DNA of 64,000 nucleotides, from assembly GCA_052147195.1 (NCBI GenBank), contig JBKQLC010000114.1, forward strand, positions 450 through 64,449, read 5' to 3'. Below, piece by piece: positions 25,333-35,805 of this stretch. The DNA is from Syntrophobacteraceae bacterium (GTDB lineage Bacteria > Desulfobacterota > Syntrophobacteria > Syntrophobacterales > Syntrophobacteraceae). The position numbers and the translations under genes were made by a program. The first letter of the stretch is position 1. The number at the start of each line of letters is the position of its first letter. The notes under the pieces were generated by a model. That model had not been told where the DNA came from. It saw only the letters and a program-made list of their open reading frames with translations, and searched no databases.

Positions 25333-26358
25333 TTACAGCCCCTTGATATGCCTGTGAAGCTCGACCGTGCTCTGCAGCCGGACACGGTCGCGGTCTTTTC
25401 GAATCTCTTCGAGTTCCCGCCAGAGGGCAAGCAGGTCAGGATCGTCATACCGCCCGCCTGAGCGCTTGGCTTCGATCATGCTGCGGTATATGAAAATCAT
25501 TCTGCTGACAAGTTCCACTGGGTACTCACGCCCCTGGACTTTGAGTGTATGAAGCCCAAGGTCCATGTACTTCCAAAACTCCTCCCCGGCTATAACGAAC
25601 GCGACATTTGGGTTGCGGCGGATACGCTCGTTAATGAACTCGATCTCTTCAGGCTTCCTCCCCCTCTGGCCGAGCACCTTTCGCCTCTGCTTATCTGTAA
25701 GCAGACACAACCGGAAGCAGCTTCCAGATCTATCAGGCCACCCTTCGAACTCAACGATTTCGTTGCCATCTTCATCCCGGCACCTGCGCTGAATATAGGA
25801 ATCACTGATCAGTTCATGGAACGAGCAGTTCCCTACCCCTCCTATGCAGCGGTTGCCGTGAATCAAAACTTCAGTTGCCACACCGAGGGAGTCAGATGCG
25901 CTTTTGAAGTCCGAGAGTTGTCCAGCGGTCTTGATCTCGGTACTGACCACCACCTGTGTGGCGCCATATCCGCGGTATTTGGCTATCTCATCGCGCCTCT
26001 GGATATTACACCCCACACTCGCGTGAACCACCAGATCGGGGAAATTGTCACGGGCCATCTGCATTACGAACGGAGTCCTTACGATTATGCCCTCGGCCCC
26101 GCAGGAGGCGTATTTCGCGGTTTTTTCCAGGAGCAGCATTGCCTTCTCGCGTGGGACCTCCGCGTTCATGGCGACCCGCACCTTCCCTCCGAACCCATTG
26201 GCGATCCGGACAGCCTCGCAAATGTGTGAGTCTTCCAGCTCCCAGGCACTCTTTCTGCGACTGAAGCCCTTGCACCCGACGTAAACGGCATCAGCGCCAT
26301 TCTCGAAAACGGCTCTTACCATCTCAAGACTTCCGCCGGGCGCCAGTAATTCGTTCAT
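25333..26358 (-). CDS. Peptidase U32 family protein
   Basis: 341 aa. The N-terminus [28 protein letters not shown] and the following TIM-barrel-like layout are typical of U32 (collagenase-like/RlhA/UbiU-type) proteins. Confidence 0.8.
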   Translation of the reverse strand: MNELLAPGGSLEMVRAVFENGADAVYVGCKGFSRRKSAWELEDSHICEAVRIANGFGGKVRVAMNAEVPREKAMLLLEKTAKYASCGAEGIIVRTPFVMQMARDNFPDLVVHASVGCNIQRRDEIAKYRGYGATQVVVSTEIKTAGQLSDFKSASDSLGVATEVLIHGNRCIGGVGNCSFHELISDSYIQRRCRDEDGNEIVEFEGWPDRSGSCFRLCLLTDKQRRKVLGQRGRKPEEIEFINERIRRNPNVAFVIAGEEFWKYMDLGLHTLKVQGREYPVELVSRMIFIYRSMIEAKRSGGRYDDPDLLALWRELEEIRKDRDRVRLQSTVELHRHIKGL

Positions 26359-26620
26359 GGATTACACCTCATACCAGAGGATTCCGGAGAATCTTGAGGT
26401 ACACCCTTCGGCAAGCAGGTGGCGAACTCGTAACCTCTCTTACAAGAAGCCCTCCAACGCCGGCCGAAAGAGTGCAACAGCAAGCAATGCAAAGCGGCAG
26501 GGCCAAAACCGCGATCTCGACGCTCCGCCGAGGCGGGCGCCTTCTCCGGTTGGCCCGCCGCACGCCAGGAAAGGCGGATACTTTCATGAGATTCGGGATA
26601 AGCCACACTCCCCCGGGACA

Positions 26621-26908
26621 TTAATCCTCTATAAGCTTAAAGAACTGGTCAACCGGCAGAGCTTTGTAAACTTCGTATGAAACCGCGCCCCGTTGGAGTG
26701 TATTGACCATACTCTTCACCCTGGCGTCCTCATCCGGGAATTCTGCCAAGATAAGATATTCTCCCCGAGATACGATGTAGTAGGCTGCAATGATTTTGCC
26801 TCCGGATTGCTCGACATTTTTCCTGCCAAGTTCGAAGCGCTCTCGTGAATTCCTGATCTCCCGGTTGCCTTCCGCTGTAAATTTAAGGTAAGAAGCATAG
26901 ACTGGCAT
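26621..26908 (-). CDS. GYD domain-containing protein
   Basis: MPVYASYLKFTAEGNREIRNS...GGKIIAAYYIVSRGEYLILAEFPDEDA matches the GYD family pattern. ATG 26908 is preferred. Confidence 0.75.
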   Translation of the reverse strand: MPVYASYLKFTAEGNREIRNSRERFELGRKNVEQSGGKIIAAYYIVSRGEYLILAEFPDEDARVKSMVNTLQRGAVSYEVYKALPVDQFFKLIED

Positions 26909-27932
26909 AAAAACCTCCGTTTTGAGAGAAAAAGTTGCCAAATGGCGATTAGCGGCCTCAAAGGCCGTCCCGTGAAGTCAGGAGGGAAAAGCACCACGAC
27001 TTCTCACGGACCAGAGCCGAACACCAGGTCATAGAGCAAAAAGAATGCCATGGTACTTCACAACACGGCCAAGCCAAAAGGTAACCTGGCGTGATTTCTA
27101 TACTGCACGATGAGGTATTTTTAACTTGACCTTTTTTCTTTGGCTTGCTAAGGATCATCATAAGCGTTAGCAGAAGCTGCAATCTTTCTGCTGAGAGGCT
27201 ATCACTTTAATAACAATGGATGCGTTTCGGATAGATGATTTCCGAAAAACTCCTTCTTCTCCATGCGATCGATTTTCCTTGGCAGTTGCTCATAATATTG
27301 ATGTAGCCTTCTCCTTTCCATTCCCGTTCTTAAAGGCGCAAATCAAGCGCTGATACCTCATCCCGGCGAATTTTCGAAACCCATTATCTTCACTGTCGAT
27401 TAGAGATTTTTTCGAACGCGTGTCGCCGTGCCTTATTTTGTTCATCAGAATCACGATAATGCCAATGCTGTTTATGCAGTTTTGGGCCTATGGAGAGCAG
27501 CAAAGTCTTTACATGTAAAAAGGATACTTCCATGGAAGGTATATCGGAACATCAAAATTGTTTCCTGATCGACCTTCGAAAACGGCAGGCCTGGTGCAGG
27601 TCTTGCCGGGCGCTGTGCAGGCGGCTCGATTTGGCCGAGTACACCCAGTTCTGGTGCGGCAATCACGGCTGCGATAACAGCGGGGAGGTCAGACTTTGTC
27701 AAGACGGTACATGGAGCATTCACTGTTTCGTTGAAAGCTGGTTTGGAAATCGCTGCAGCAGATTCGCGTCCAGGCTGTTGGTTTCCACGGCCCCGCCACC
27801 CTGCGGTCCAGATCCTTCAGCCTGAGCGGCGAAACAGACAACAAGGTGTTTCCGTCTTTTAGCGCGATGAACCTCAAACATCATTAAACTCCGGCAGTCC
27901 GTCCACTACCGGCATGCGCGCAGGTAAGCCAA

Positions 27933-30626
27933 ATGAGGAAAAAAACTCCCCCCCAGTCAGAACCTCCTTCATTTGAATTGTTATTCCAAAGTTTGAATGA
28001 ACCCATGTTTATCTGCGATTCAAGTCTTCACATACTTCAGGCAAACGAATCTTTTTCCATGCTTTTTAACGATAATGGCGGGCCCATCATTGGAAAATTT
28101 TGCCACGCGCTGCTTGGCGGTGACCACAGCGAGGATTTTGCGATACGCTTCAACGAGGTCTTCCGGACGTCGAAAGTGCAATCATGGGACGTTTACATTC
28201 CAGTGTCCAACGGCGCATGGGGTAAGTTCGAATTCACCGCCTCCCCTTTGCGCAATTGTGACGGGCAGGTTACCAGGGCAGTTGGACATGCCCACGATAT
28301 TTCGAAGCGCATGAGCCTGGAAAAAGAGCTAAAGGCATCCGAAGAAAGGTATAGAAGAATAGTAGAGACCGCGAGGGAGGGCATTTATATCATCGACAGC
28401 GAGGCAAGGATAACTTTCGCCAACCGGCGATTCTCTACGATGCTCGGCTATCACACTGATGAGATACTAGGCAGATTCATTTTCGATTTCATGGAGGAGG
28501 CTTCAGAAGCCTTGGCGCGCCGAAAATTCGAGAGGCGCCGGCTCGGTTTATCTGACACTTATGAATTGAAATTGCTGAGAAAAGGTTCCGCGTGTATCTA
28601 TTGCCTCGTCTCGGCTTCACCTATAATGGAGGACGGAGTTTTTCAGGGCGCCCTGGGCATTTTGACAAACATCACGTGTCTCAAGGAGATCGAGTCTGCA
28701 TTGCGTTCGGCAAAATGCTTTTCCGAGAGGATCATCAACAGCATAACTGACGAACTCATGGTCGTAAATCCATTAACCTACCGCATAGTGCAGGTAAACG
28801 ATCATTTTCTCGCCAGGACGATGTTTCAGAATGCCGAGGAACTCTCAGGCAGGACCTGTTACGAGACTCTGTTTGGCAGGAGTTTTCCATGTCACGAAGA
28901 GGGGATTTTCTGCCCGGTGCGCAAAACTTATGAAACCGGAAAGCCTTACCTGTGTGATACCATACATCCGGAACTGAAGCAGAGCGGAAGAGTCAAGCAG
29001 ATTGCCACATATCCAATCATGGGCGACCTGGGTAAAGTTGACCTCGTGATCCGAACCGAGCGTGACGTTACGGAGAAGAAAAATCTCGAGCAGGCCCTGG
29101 CTGTCCGCTCCGAGGAACTGCTCCGGACGCAGCACAGACTCGAAGAACTGTTCGATCTGTCCCGCGAGGTGGGGACAAAGGCTACCTTGGCGGAGCTTTT
29201 GCAGTTTCTCCTGAACTTTACTCTAAAACTTCTTCCCGATTCGGAGCCGGCATTACTCCTTTTGGACTCCTCTTGCGAACACTTACTGCGCTTCGAGGAT
29301 TGTGAGCCTAAATCCGTTGAGAAACTGCTCCAGATTTTGCAGAAGCTCGAACTATGCACCCTGACCTCCAACCTTGTTCATGAAATCAAAAAATGCAAGA
29401 TCAAGGACCTCATCGGCCCCTCGGACCACTGCCAGGTATTTTCTCTTCTAAAGATCATCGCCAAGTCCGACCTCACCTGGTTGGCCATCCCGCTTTTTGT
29501 GCGCAGACAATGCATCGGCCTGCTCTATTTTGGATCAAAGACCTTCAACAGATATCCGGCTGGGGACATCAGGTTCCTCGAGGCGCTGTGCGAACAAGCT
29601 GCAGGACATCTCAGAAATCTCGTAATGCACGAGGCCGAAGTCAAAACCCTGCGATCCCAGGTCATCCAACGTTCGGGATATGGGGACATTATCGGCCAGA
29701 GCAAGGCCATGCAGGAAATCTATGAACTCATCGACCTCGTTTCCTGCTCCGACGCCACCGTGCTCATAACGGGTGAAAATGGAACAGGCAAAGAGCTGGT
29801 CGCCCATGCCATCCACACCCAGAGTCATCGACGAAAAGGCCCTTTTGTGGTCGCAAACTGCTCTGCTTACTCCCCCACCCTGCTCGAGAGCGAAATATTC
29901 GGCCACGAAAAAGGTGCATTCACAGGCGCGAGCCATCAGAAAAAGGGCCGGATCGAACGCGCTCATGGCGGTACGCTGTTTCTGGACGAAATAGGCGAGA
30001 TAGCACCTTCCGTACAGATATTCCTTCTGCGGTTTCTACAGGATCATTGCTTCGAGCGAGTCGGAGGGGAGAAGGTCATTGCTGCAGATGTCCGGGTACT
30101 TGCGGCAACTAACCGCGAGCTTCAGCACGAGGTCCAGGCAGGCCGATTCCGGGATGATCTTTTTTATCGCCTGAACGTAATCGCAATCCACCTGCCGACT
30201 CTGATGGAGCGCAAGGAGGACATTCCTCTGTTGGCCCATCATTTCCTTGCCAAACACAATCTGAAGGAACACAAAAATATTAAGAACTTCTCAGCAGGCG
30301 CCATGCAGGCTCTCATGAATTATGACTGGCCTGGAAACGTTCGCCAGCTCGAAAATGCTATTAGCCACGCGGTCGTACTGGCTCAGGGGGAACTTATCCG
30401 CAGAAAATACCTGCCTAGATTCCTGTGGGACACAGGAACAAGTAGAACTTTGACCTCACTTTGCGAGAGCGAACGTGGACTTATCCTCGAAGCACTCCAG
30501 AGAGCCAACGGGAACAAGCATGAAGCGGCCAGGTGCCTTAAGATCAGTCGAAGCACTCTATACAGCAAAATGAGGCGATACGAACTCGATGAAGAGTTAA
30601 AGGCGAGGTGTCTGGACTTGCACTAG
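27933..30626 (+). CDS. Sigma-54-dependent transcriptional activator (PAS-PAS-GAF-like sensor, AAA+ sigma-54 interaction domain, Fis-type HTH)
   Basis: 897 aa. Walker A GENGTGKELVAHAIH, GAFTGA motif (EKGAFTGA), Walker B LFLDEIGE, RFRDDLFYRLNV, and the C-terminal HTH AARCLKISRSTLYSKMRRY. Confidence 0.92.
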   Translation: MRKKTPPQSEPPSFELLFQSLNEPMFICDSSLHILQANESFSMLFNDNGGPIIGKFCHALLGGDHSEDFAIRFNEVFRTSKVQSWDVYIPVSNGAWGKFEFTASPLRNCDGQVTRAVGHAHDISKRMSLEKELKASEERYRRIVETAREGIYIIDSEARITFANRRFSTMLGYHTDEILGRFIFDFMEEASEALARRKFERRRLGLSDTYELKLLRKGSACIYCLVSASPIMEDGVFQGALGILTNITCLKEIESALRSAKCFSERIINSITDELMVVNPLTYRIVQVNDHFLARTMFQNAEELSGRTCYETLFGRSFPCHEEGIFCPVRKTYETGKPYLCDTIHPELKQSGRVKQIATYPIMGDLGKVDLVIRTERDVTEKKNLEQALAVRSEELLRTQHRLEELFDLSREVGTKATLAELLQFLLNFTLKLLPDSEPALLLLDSSCEHLLRFEDCEPKSVEKLLQILQKLELCTLTSNLVHEIKKCKIKDLIGPSDHCQVFSLLKIIAKSDLTWLAIPLFVRRQCIGLLYFGSKTFNRYPAGDIRFLEALCEQAAGHLRNLVMHEAEVKTLRSQVIQRSGYGDIIGQSKAMQEIYELIDLVSCSDATVLITGENGTGKELVAHAIHTQSHRRKGPFVVANCSAYSPTLLESEIFGHEKGAFTGASHQKKGRIERAHGGTLFLDEIGEIAPSVQIFLLRFLQDHCFERVGGEKVIAADVRVLAATNRELQHEVQAGRFRDDLFYRLNVIAIHLPTLMERKEDIPLLAHHFLAKHNLKEHKNIKNFSAGAMQALMNYDWPGNVRQLENAISHAVVLAQGELIRRKYLPRFLWDTGTSRTLTSLCESERGLILEALQRANGNKHEAARCLKISRSTLYSKMRRYELDEELKARCLDLH

Positions 30627-30730
30627 GGGGTCGCTATTCATACAGGTGCTCCAAATCCAGATTGGTAGCGCTTTGAGCCTGATTTCACTAGTGGGTGGGG
30701 CGTATTTCATACACTTTCCCGATTCCAGCC
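30626..30730 (+). promoter_or_regulatory. Copy A of a repeated ~100-bp noncoding element (candidate enhancer/UAS)
   Basis: Shares ordered blocks with copy B at 42485-42588: GGGGGTCG, TGAGCCyGATTTCA, GGGrCGTATTTCATACACT (15 nt identical) and GATTCCrGC. It contains the palindromic core GTAT-TTC-ATAC. Confidence 0.5.
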
Positions 30731-31066
30731 TTGTGCGGGATCGGAAAAAAACTTTTGAAAGTTAAAAATAATTCTTTCCAGGCTTTTTCCACTTTAAGAA
30801 GCCCATGGTTTCCCACCTGCTATAAGTAGCTAAATTCACTCAAAACCTTCCGGGCTGTTTACGAAAAAACCTTAACATCCTACGCTCTTTTTCATGATTA
30901 TCTCCCCGTTGCGTCAAAGACTGCGGTGACCGGTTTACTATTCAACTAATCTCTAGTTTTTCGCTCTGACTTTCATCCAACGCGTGGGCGCCATTACCGC
31001 AACGATCGGTTCAGCCCGCCACGGCTTGACCACATCTAACAGCGATCAGACCATTCTGATTCCTCG

Positions 31067-31083
31067 TGGGCATAAATCTTGTA
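31067..31083 (+). promoter_or_regulatory. Candidate sigma-54 (-24/-12) promoter, copy A
   Basis: TGGGCATAAATCTTGTA. GGCAT then TTGT at canonical GG-N10-G spacing. The 16-nt core is repeated at 42740-42755 with 1 mismatch (GGGCACAAATCTTGTA). The -12 element reads TTGT instead of the consensus TTGC. Confidence 0.4.
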
Positions 31084-31858
31084 GTGTTGGTGAGTTCCTA
31101 CAAGCCTAATACCTTTTAGAGATTGGGTTTTTAGAGGTTGGGTCTGCGTCAGGTCGAGCTTCTGGTCGGCAGCAGCAGACCGAGCGTTTCTTGAAACGCC
31201 GGATATATGGATAAATCGGGCCGCATATCGGCGACCTGATGAATATTATAAACTGGTTACGTAAATCTTTGCTGATCCATCCGTCAGCTCTGAAACACCG
31301 GTTCAACAGTGCAATTTTACGATTTCAGCGCAATTCATACTTATCACGCTCCTTTCTCCTCCTGACCGCCCACTCCCTTCATGCGCAGGGTGCCGCCACC
31401 TCCTCGGCGGTGTGTGTTGTTTTCAACCCCCGCAGCGGCCAATCCGTCTGATTACACGGCACGCCAGCAAAGGCCTCTGCTTTAAGGTAACCGTTGTAAG
31501 GTTAACGATAGGATCAAGCGCGAAAATCACCAAAGGATATTTTATCGGTGATCCTTCGTGGTTCAGAGATAATCCTCATTATACCCGGATTGAAGATACG
31601 CCTTACCGGGAATCAATTGAGGATTTCAGATACAACTATTACCGCGAATATAGAATTGAGAGGAGGTGGTCAAGGGACGGCAATATCCCATTATAAGTTC
31701 TGGCTCTTTTTCGGGAGAATGATTGTTGTACGGAGGTCCTTTCTCACCGGGACGAATTACGCGAGTCAGGCCGGTTGCTAAACCATGTGGTGGCACTGAT
31801 GAAACATCATCGCTTTTAAACTCAGAATCAGAGGTCACCACGAACAAGGGAGGTAAAA

Positions 31859-33343
31859 ATGCCGGAAAAGCGAGATATCGAAATAAAGAGCCGGGCCGAT
31901 ACCATAGGCCTGATGGATCTGGATGTAAGACCCTACCCGGTTACTCCGCCGCCCTCTTACGAGGCGGTAAAGCCGATATATGAGAGAAGAAAGGCGCTGG
32001 AGTTCTGCAATTGGGCTGAGGAGAACCTAAGATTTGAAAAAAGATACGAGAAAGATGAGGCCCTGACAGGATACAGGATTCTGGACATCGGTCTGTGGAG
32101 ACTCGGCCACAAATTTTGCGCCTCTCTGTATGGCGAAGCCGGCGCGGAGGTCGTTTCCATCGAACCACCCAAAGGCGATCCGTTGAGGAAGCTGACACCT
32201 TTCGGCCGCGAAGAGTACCTTCTCAAAAACAAGGACAGCGGCGAAAAATGCGGCATGGAGTTCGTCAACGAGACGGTGAACACCCACTGTGTAACCCTCG
32301 ATGTGGAGACAAAGGAAGGGCAGGAAATTTTCAGGAAAATGGCAATGAACGTCGACGTCCTGATCGACGGGATGCCCCCCGGTTACATGGATAATCTTGG
32401 GATCGGGTATCGTCAGCTTAAGCAACTCAACCCCAGGATGGTCTACGTGTGGGTCGGCATGCTCGGCCAGTGGGGCCCCTGGAAGGACAAGCAATCCAAG
32501 TTCGGCCAGTGGATGCTCGAGCCTTTCGCGAGCGCCGCAAATTCCTGGATCCACAATACCGGCTTGGCCCAGGACCTTCTCCCGCGCGGCAAGGGCGGCG
32601 ATCCCACCCGCGCAGGCATTTGGCTTGCTGACTATGTTGCCGGGGCCCAGGCTTTCCTCAACTCCATTGCTGCCCTGTATTGGAGAGACGAATTGGGCGG
32701 TACCGGGCAGATGATCGAGGTCACGGGCGCCGAAGCTTTGATGGATATTCTCGACTTCGATATTACCTGGTATGGGTTTAATAAAAGTATAAAGGCCCGC
32801 ACCGGCGGCTGGGATGCGTGCCTCAACCAGTATGCCTGGAACCCCTGTAAAGACGGCTACATGATGATCGGCGGCCAGACCGACAAGCTCTGGTATAATA
32901 TAGGATTTTGCCTTGAGCGTGAGGAACCACAGTTCGGCCGGCTGATCCACGAAGATCCCCTCCTCAAGGAAATGGCGGCCAGAAACGCCTTGCACGCTCT
33001 TATAAAGACCTACACCCTGACCACCCGGTGGCTCAGAGACACTAACCGGGTGGAAGCAGAAACCAAGCTCCTCGAGTACCAGGTTGCGGCCGGGCCGGTT
33101 CTCTACATCGACGAGGTCTGCGAGTTCCCCCACTTCAAGTATCGGCCATGGGTCTACGTACATGAGACCGATTACGGCCCGCTGCTGATCGCTTCGAGCC
33201 CGGCGTCCTACCAGGTTCGCGCTCCTTTCAGGTGCAAGTGGATGGGCAGAGATCTCGGCTATGACAACTACGAGATCTATTTGAAATGGACTGGAATGGG
33301 GCAGACAGCAGTGAATCAAATGAAACAGAAGGGGGTGATATAA
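31859..33343 (+). CDS. Family III CoA-transferase (CaiB/BaiF/BbsF-like), long form, subunit 1
   Basis: 494 aa. [41 protein letters not shown] is the N-terminal family-III signature. LADYVAG supplies an Asp at the expected catalytic position. SD GGGAGG upstream. Confidence 0.8.
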   Translation: MPEKRDIEIKSRADTIGLMDLDVRPYPVTPPPSYEAVKPIYERRKALEFCNWAEENLRFEKRYEKDEALTGYRILDIGLWRLGHKFCASLYGEAGAEVVSIEPPKGDPLRKLTPFGREEYLLKNKDSGEKCGMEFVNETVNTHCVTLDVETKEGQEIFRKMAMNVDVLIDGMPPGYMDNLGIGYRQLKQLNPRMVYVWVGMLGQWGPWKDKQSKFGQWMLEPFASAANSWIHNTGLAQDLLPRGKGGDPTRAGIWLADYVAGAQAFLNSIAALYWRDELGGTGQMIEVTGAEALMDILDFDITWYGFNKSIKARTGGWDACLNQYAWNPCKDGYMMIGGQTDKLWYNIGFCLEREEPQFGRLIHEDPLLKEMAARNALHALIKTYTLTTRWLRDTNRVEAETKLLEYQVAAGPVLYIDEVCEFPHFKYRPWVYVHETDYGPLLIASSPASYQVRAPFRCKWMGRDLGYDNYEIYLKWTGMGQTAVNQMKQKGVI

Positions 33344-34758
33344 TGGCGCAAGACCCGAGAGTAACACGCATGGAAGACCTGCCAGGCCCCAAGAGCAAAG
33401 GTGAAATGGACGAGTTTAAGATGCCCTACGAGGAATACTGCAGGAAGCTCTTCGATGTTGGCAATGAACACACCAAGCCCAAACCTCTTAACGGGATTCG
33501 GTGGCTGAGCTGCACCATGTATATCTTCACGCCGCACGCTGTGGCCAACCTGGCCGAGCTGGGGGCCGAGGTCATCAAGCTTGAGATACCGAGGATGGGT
33601 GAGCCCATGCGGCACACATCTCCCTTTAACGAGGTCTATCTCTATCCGTTCCACGATATGCGCCCCATGACCGGCACCGGCCTTGGCTATACTAACGCTA
33701 ACCCCAACAAGTATTTTGTGACAATGGATTATCACGTCCCCGAGATGAGGGAGGTGTTCTACAGCCTGGTGAAAAAATCCGACGGGCTCACCGAGCTCTA
33801 CCGGCCAGGCACCCTGGACAAATGGAAAATGAGCTACCGGTACCTGAGTGAAATCAATCCCAGGTTCATCTACGTTTGGGGCGGCGGTTTCGGCTACGGT
33901 CCCAAAGTATTTGGCGGTTCCTACGACATCCTGGGCCAGGCGCACGCCGGACTCGCCTCGATAACCGGCATGCACGAGTACATGGGAGGGCATTGCTCCA
34001 AGTGCACCAACTGGGTCATAGACTGGCAATCGGGCAACCTTATAAGCTGCGCGATCATGGCGGCCATTCATCATCGCAGAAAGACCGGGCTGGGCACCAT
34101 GATAGAATTCTCCCAAGTGCAGGTCCCCACAAGGATGCTCGGTCATACCACGACGATGTATGGCAAGTTCGGCATTGTCCGGCAGCGCTGGGGCAACTGG
34201 GACACTCAACTTGGGGTACACGGCATCATTTTGTGCGGCAAGTCCGATTTTCCGGATGCCGAAAATCCGCAGGACAAGTTCGATTCAAGATATGTACTGG
34301 TCAGCGCCTTCCAGGATCAGGACTTCAAGGAGCTGTGCGCCATCACAGGCCTGAAGGAACTCTATGAAAAGTACAAGGCTCACAAAGACCGAGTCGAAGG
34401 CGAGGCTCAGGTGGAGATTTATACCGCTTTGGAAAGATGGGCCGCAGACAAGAGCAGGTCTCAGGTAGCAAAGATTTTGACCGACGGGGGTCTTTTGGCC
34501 GAACCTGTTCGGAATGACCGCGAGGTTTATGAGAGTCCGCACTACCGTGAGAGAGGCACGGTCCGATGGATGGACGATCCTCTATTCGGTGATTTGGTGG
34601 TCCATGGCGGCTACAGCACCGGGTTGATGGAAAAGAGCCCCAGGAGGATTAACTGGCACTGGCGTCCGCTGGGTGCGGACAACAAGAAGATCTACCGTGA
34701 CATGCTCGGTGTTCCGCTGACCAAGATCGAAGAATGGTATAAAAAGGCCTACATCTAA
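33343..34758 (+). CDS. Family III CoA-transferase, long form, subunit 2 (paralog)
   Basis: 471 aa from ATG 33343 (TAATG overlap with subunit 1, SD AAGGGGGTGA). [40 protein letters not shown]. Asp in VIDWQSG. Confidence 0.8.
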   Translation: MAQDPRVTRMEDLPGPKSKGEMDEFKMPYEEYCRKLFDVGNEHTKPKPLNGIRWLSCTMYIFTPHAVANLAELGAEVIKLEIPRMGEPMRHTSPFNEVYLYPFHDMRPMTGTGLGYTNANPNKYFVTMDYHVPEMREVFYSLVKKSDGLTELYRPGTLDKWKMSYRYLSEINPRFIYVWGGGFGYGPKVFGGSYDILGQAHAGLASITGMHEYMGGHCSKCTNWVIDWQSGNLISCAIMAAIHHRRKTGLGTMIEFSQVQVPTRMLGHTTTMYGKFGIVRQRWGNWDTQLGVHGIILCGKSDFPDAENPQDKFDSRYVLVSAFQDQDFKELCAITGLKELYEKYKAHKDRVEGEAQVEIYTALERWAADKSRSQVAKILTDGGLLAEPVRNDREVYESPHYRERGTVRWMDDPLFGDLVVHGGYSTGLMEKSPRRINWHWRPLGADNKKIYRDMLGVPLTKIEEWYKKAYI

Positions 34759-34770
34759 GAGGAGGCTCCC

Positions 34771-35256
34771 GTGTGTGATATTATTTGGTGCAAGAAAGAA
34801 GTGAACGGAAAACCATGTGACACGATCAACTACCTGGACCCCTACTGCTTCTGGAACTGGGAAGGAAAGATCAACTGCGCCGAATGCGGCACGGTCTATT
34901 ACATTCACATGATTCAGGGCTTTATGTACATGGGACCTGAAGAAAGACCCGGCGAGAAGCCGGACACCTCACCCCTTTATGCGGACAAGCCTTACGACGG
35001 TTATACCAACTACAGACCAGGTGTGGAAGGCCGCACCAGACCTTTCCAGTGCACGCCCAGAACAAAATTGCTGGGAGTTGCCGACATGGTGAAATTCAGC
35101 ATCCGGGGCCGTCCCGTGCGTGGATGGCGTCCGCAGCCACCCTCCGCAGGTTTGGCCGGAAGCCTTGGCTTCAACTGGGATATTCAGAAACTGTCGCCCG
35201 AGGTCTGGGAGGAATATCAGAAGAAGCTGGCTGCCGGCGAAGTCAAAGACTGGTAG
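34771..35256 (+). CDS. Cys-rich protein of unknown family (161 aa), operon member
   Basis: GTG start 5 nt after AAGAGGAGG. The N-terminus holds six Cys (CDIIWC...C...C...CAEC). The remainder is Pro/Gly/Arg-rich. No family recognised. Confidence 0.6.
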   Translation: MCDIIWCKKEVNGKPCDTINYLDPYCFWNWEGKINCAECGTVYYIHMIQGFMYMGPEERPGEKPDTSPLYADKPYDGYTNYRPGVEGRTRPFQCTPRTKLLGVADMVKFSIRGRPVRGWRPQPPSAGLAGSLGFNWDIQKLSPEVWEEYQKKLAAGEVKDW

Positions 35257-35275
35257 ATTGAGAAAGGAGTGTTGC

Positions 35276-35512
35276 ATGTCACAAGAGTTGACACCTGAAG
35301 ATTTCCTGGACACCGTCCTGGTCCCGGAAAAAAAGAGTGACCATATATGCTGGCAGTGCAAATACTTGAAGCCGGTCCTCAAAGGCTCCAAGTTCCCGCC
35401 CGCGGACATTATCGGCTGGTGCAAGAAAATCCACTGGCCTCATTACTGGTGCGTAGCAGACTTCAACGTGGTGAAGAAGTGCTATGCCTATGACGCCAGG
35501 AAGAAGGCCTAG
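35276..35512 (+). CDS. Small Cys-rich protein of unknown family (78 aa), operon member
   Basis: ATG after AAAGGAG. ICWQCKYL...GWCKKIHWPHYWCVADFNVVKKCYAY (five Cys, Trp-rich). The track ORF 35120 start is probably spurious. Confidence 0.55.
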   Translation: MSQELTPEDFLDTVLVPEKKSDHICWQCKYLKPVLKGSKFPPADIIGWCKKIHWPHYWCVADFNVVKKCYAYDARKKA

Positions 35513-35513
35513 C

Positions 35514-35786
35514 ATGGAAGAAAACGTCCGTGAAGAACTCGATGTCCTCAAGGGCATGCTGAACAACTGGAAAACGGGTTTTTTGGGTTGGGCCTCCCCC
35601 GAAGGGGATAACGATCATGTGCTCCTTGAATTCAGCGAGGAAATCCAGATGCACGTCTATCCCTATGTAAAGAGATTGTTTGAGACGGATCAACTCAGCG
35701 AAGTCGAGGTCAAAGAGTTCATGCATTATTGCTTAAGCCAGGTTGAAGATCTTCGCTTCCAGTTGAGCAAAGCGCAAACCGACTAA
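35514..35786 (+). CDS. Small acidic helical protein of unknown family (90 aa), operon member
   Basis: ATG 35514 lies 2 nt after the preceding stop, with SD GGAAGAAGG. MEENVREELDVLKGMLNNWKTGFLGW... Confidence 0.5.
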   Translation: MEENVREELDVLKGMLNNWKTGFLGWASPEGDNDHVLLEFSEEIQMHVYPYVKRLFETDQLSEVEVKEFMHYCLSQVEDLRFQLSKAQTD

Positions 35787-35805
35787 AGCTAGAAGGAGGT
35801 TTAGT

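Noticed and set aside
26369-26587. Possible 72-aa membrane mini-protein between the GYD and U32 genes (MKVSAFPGVRRANRRRRPPRRS followed by a Cys-rich hydrophobic helix).
   Set aside because: The Arg/Pro-rich N-terminus and GC-rich antisense-like composition make it doubtful. There is no clear SD. It would need ribosome profiling or conservation evidence.
27183-27932. ORF-poor 0.75-kb stretch upstream of the activator gene. It holds short overlapping ORFs (27472-27723, 27490-27825, 27689-27877) and a 39-aa minus-strand frame (MERRRLHQYYEQLPRKIDRMEKKEFFGNHLSETHPLLLK).
   Set aside because: The frames interrupt one another, none has a clear RBS or motif, and they may be fragments of a decayed gene. 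There is not enough evidence to call a CDS or a specific pseudogene.
31412-31696. 94-aa ORF in the long leader with a protein-like tail (GYFIGDPSWFRDNPHYTRIEDTPYRESIEDFRYNYYREYRIERRW).
   Set aside because: The only start is a distant ATG without an SD, and the N-terminal third is implausible. It is separated from the downstream gene by TAA stops, so it is not a Sec read-through. It is left as part of the leader finding rather than called as a gene.
31791-31806. A perfect TGGCAC hexamer 63 nt upstream of the first CoA-transferase gene, considered as the sigma-54 promoter.
   Set aside because: The -12 position reads AAAC (TGGCACTGATGAAACA), with no GC or TTG at the required spacing. The repeated 16-mer at 31067 fits better, although it is far from the gene.
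32027-33367. 446-aa minus-strand ORF. Similar long antisense ORFs occur at 14144-15709, 17864-18958, 33316-34221, 11476-12447, 10094-10873, 51373-52176 and 56295-56978.
   Set aside because: Each lies entirely antisense to a gene with clear family motifs. Their translations are low-complexity and rich in Arg/Gly/Pro/His, as expected for antisense frames of GC-rich coding DNA. None has a ribosome-binding site or a recognisable motif.
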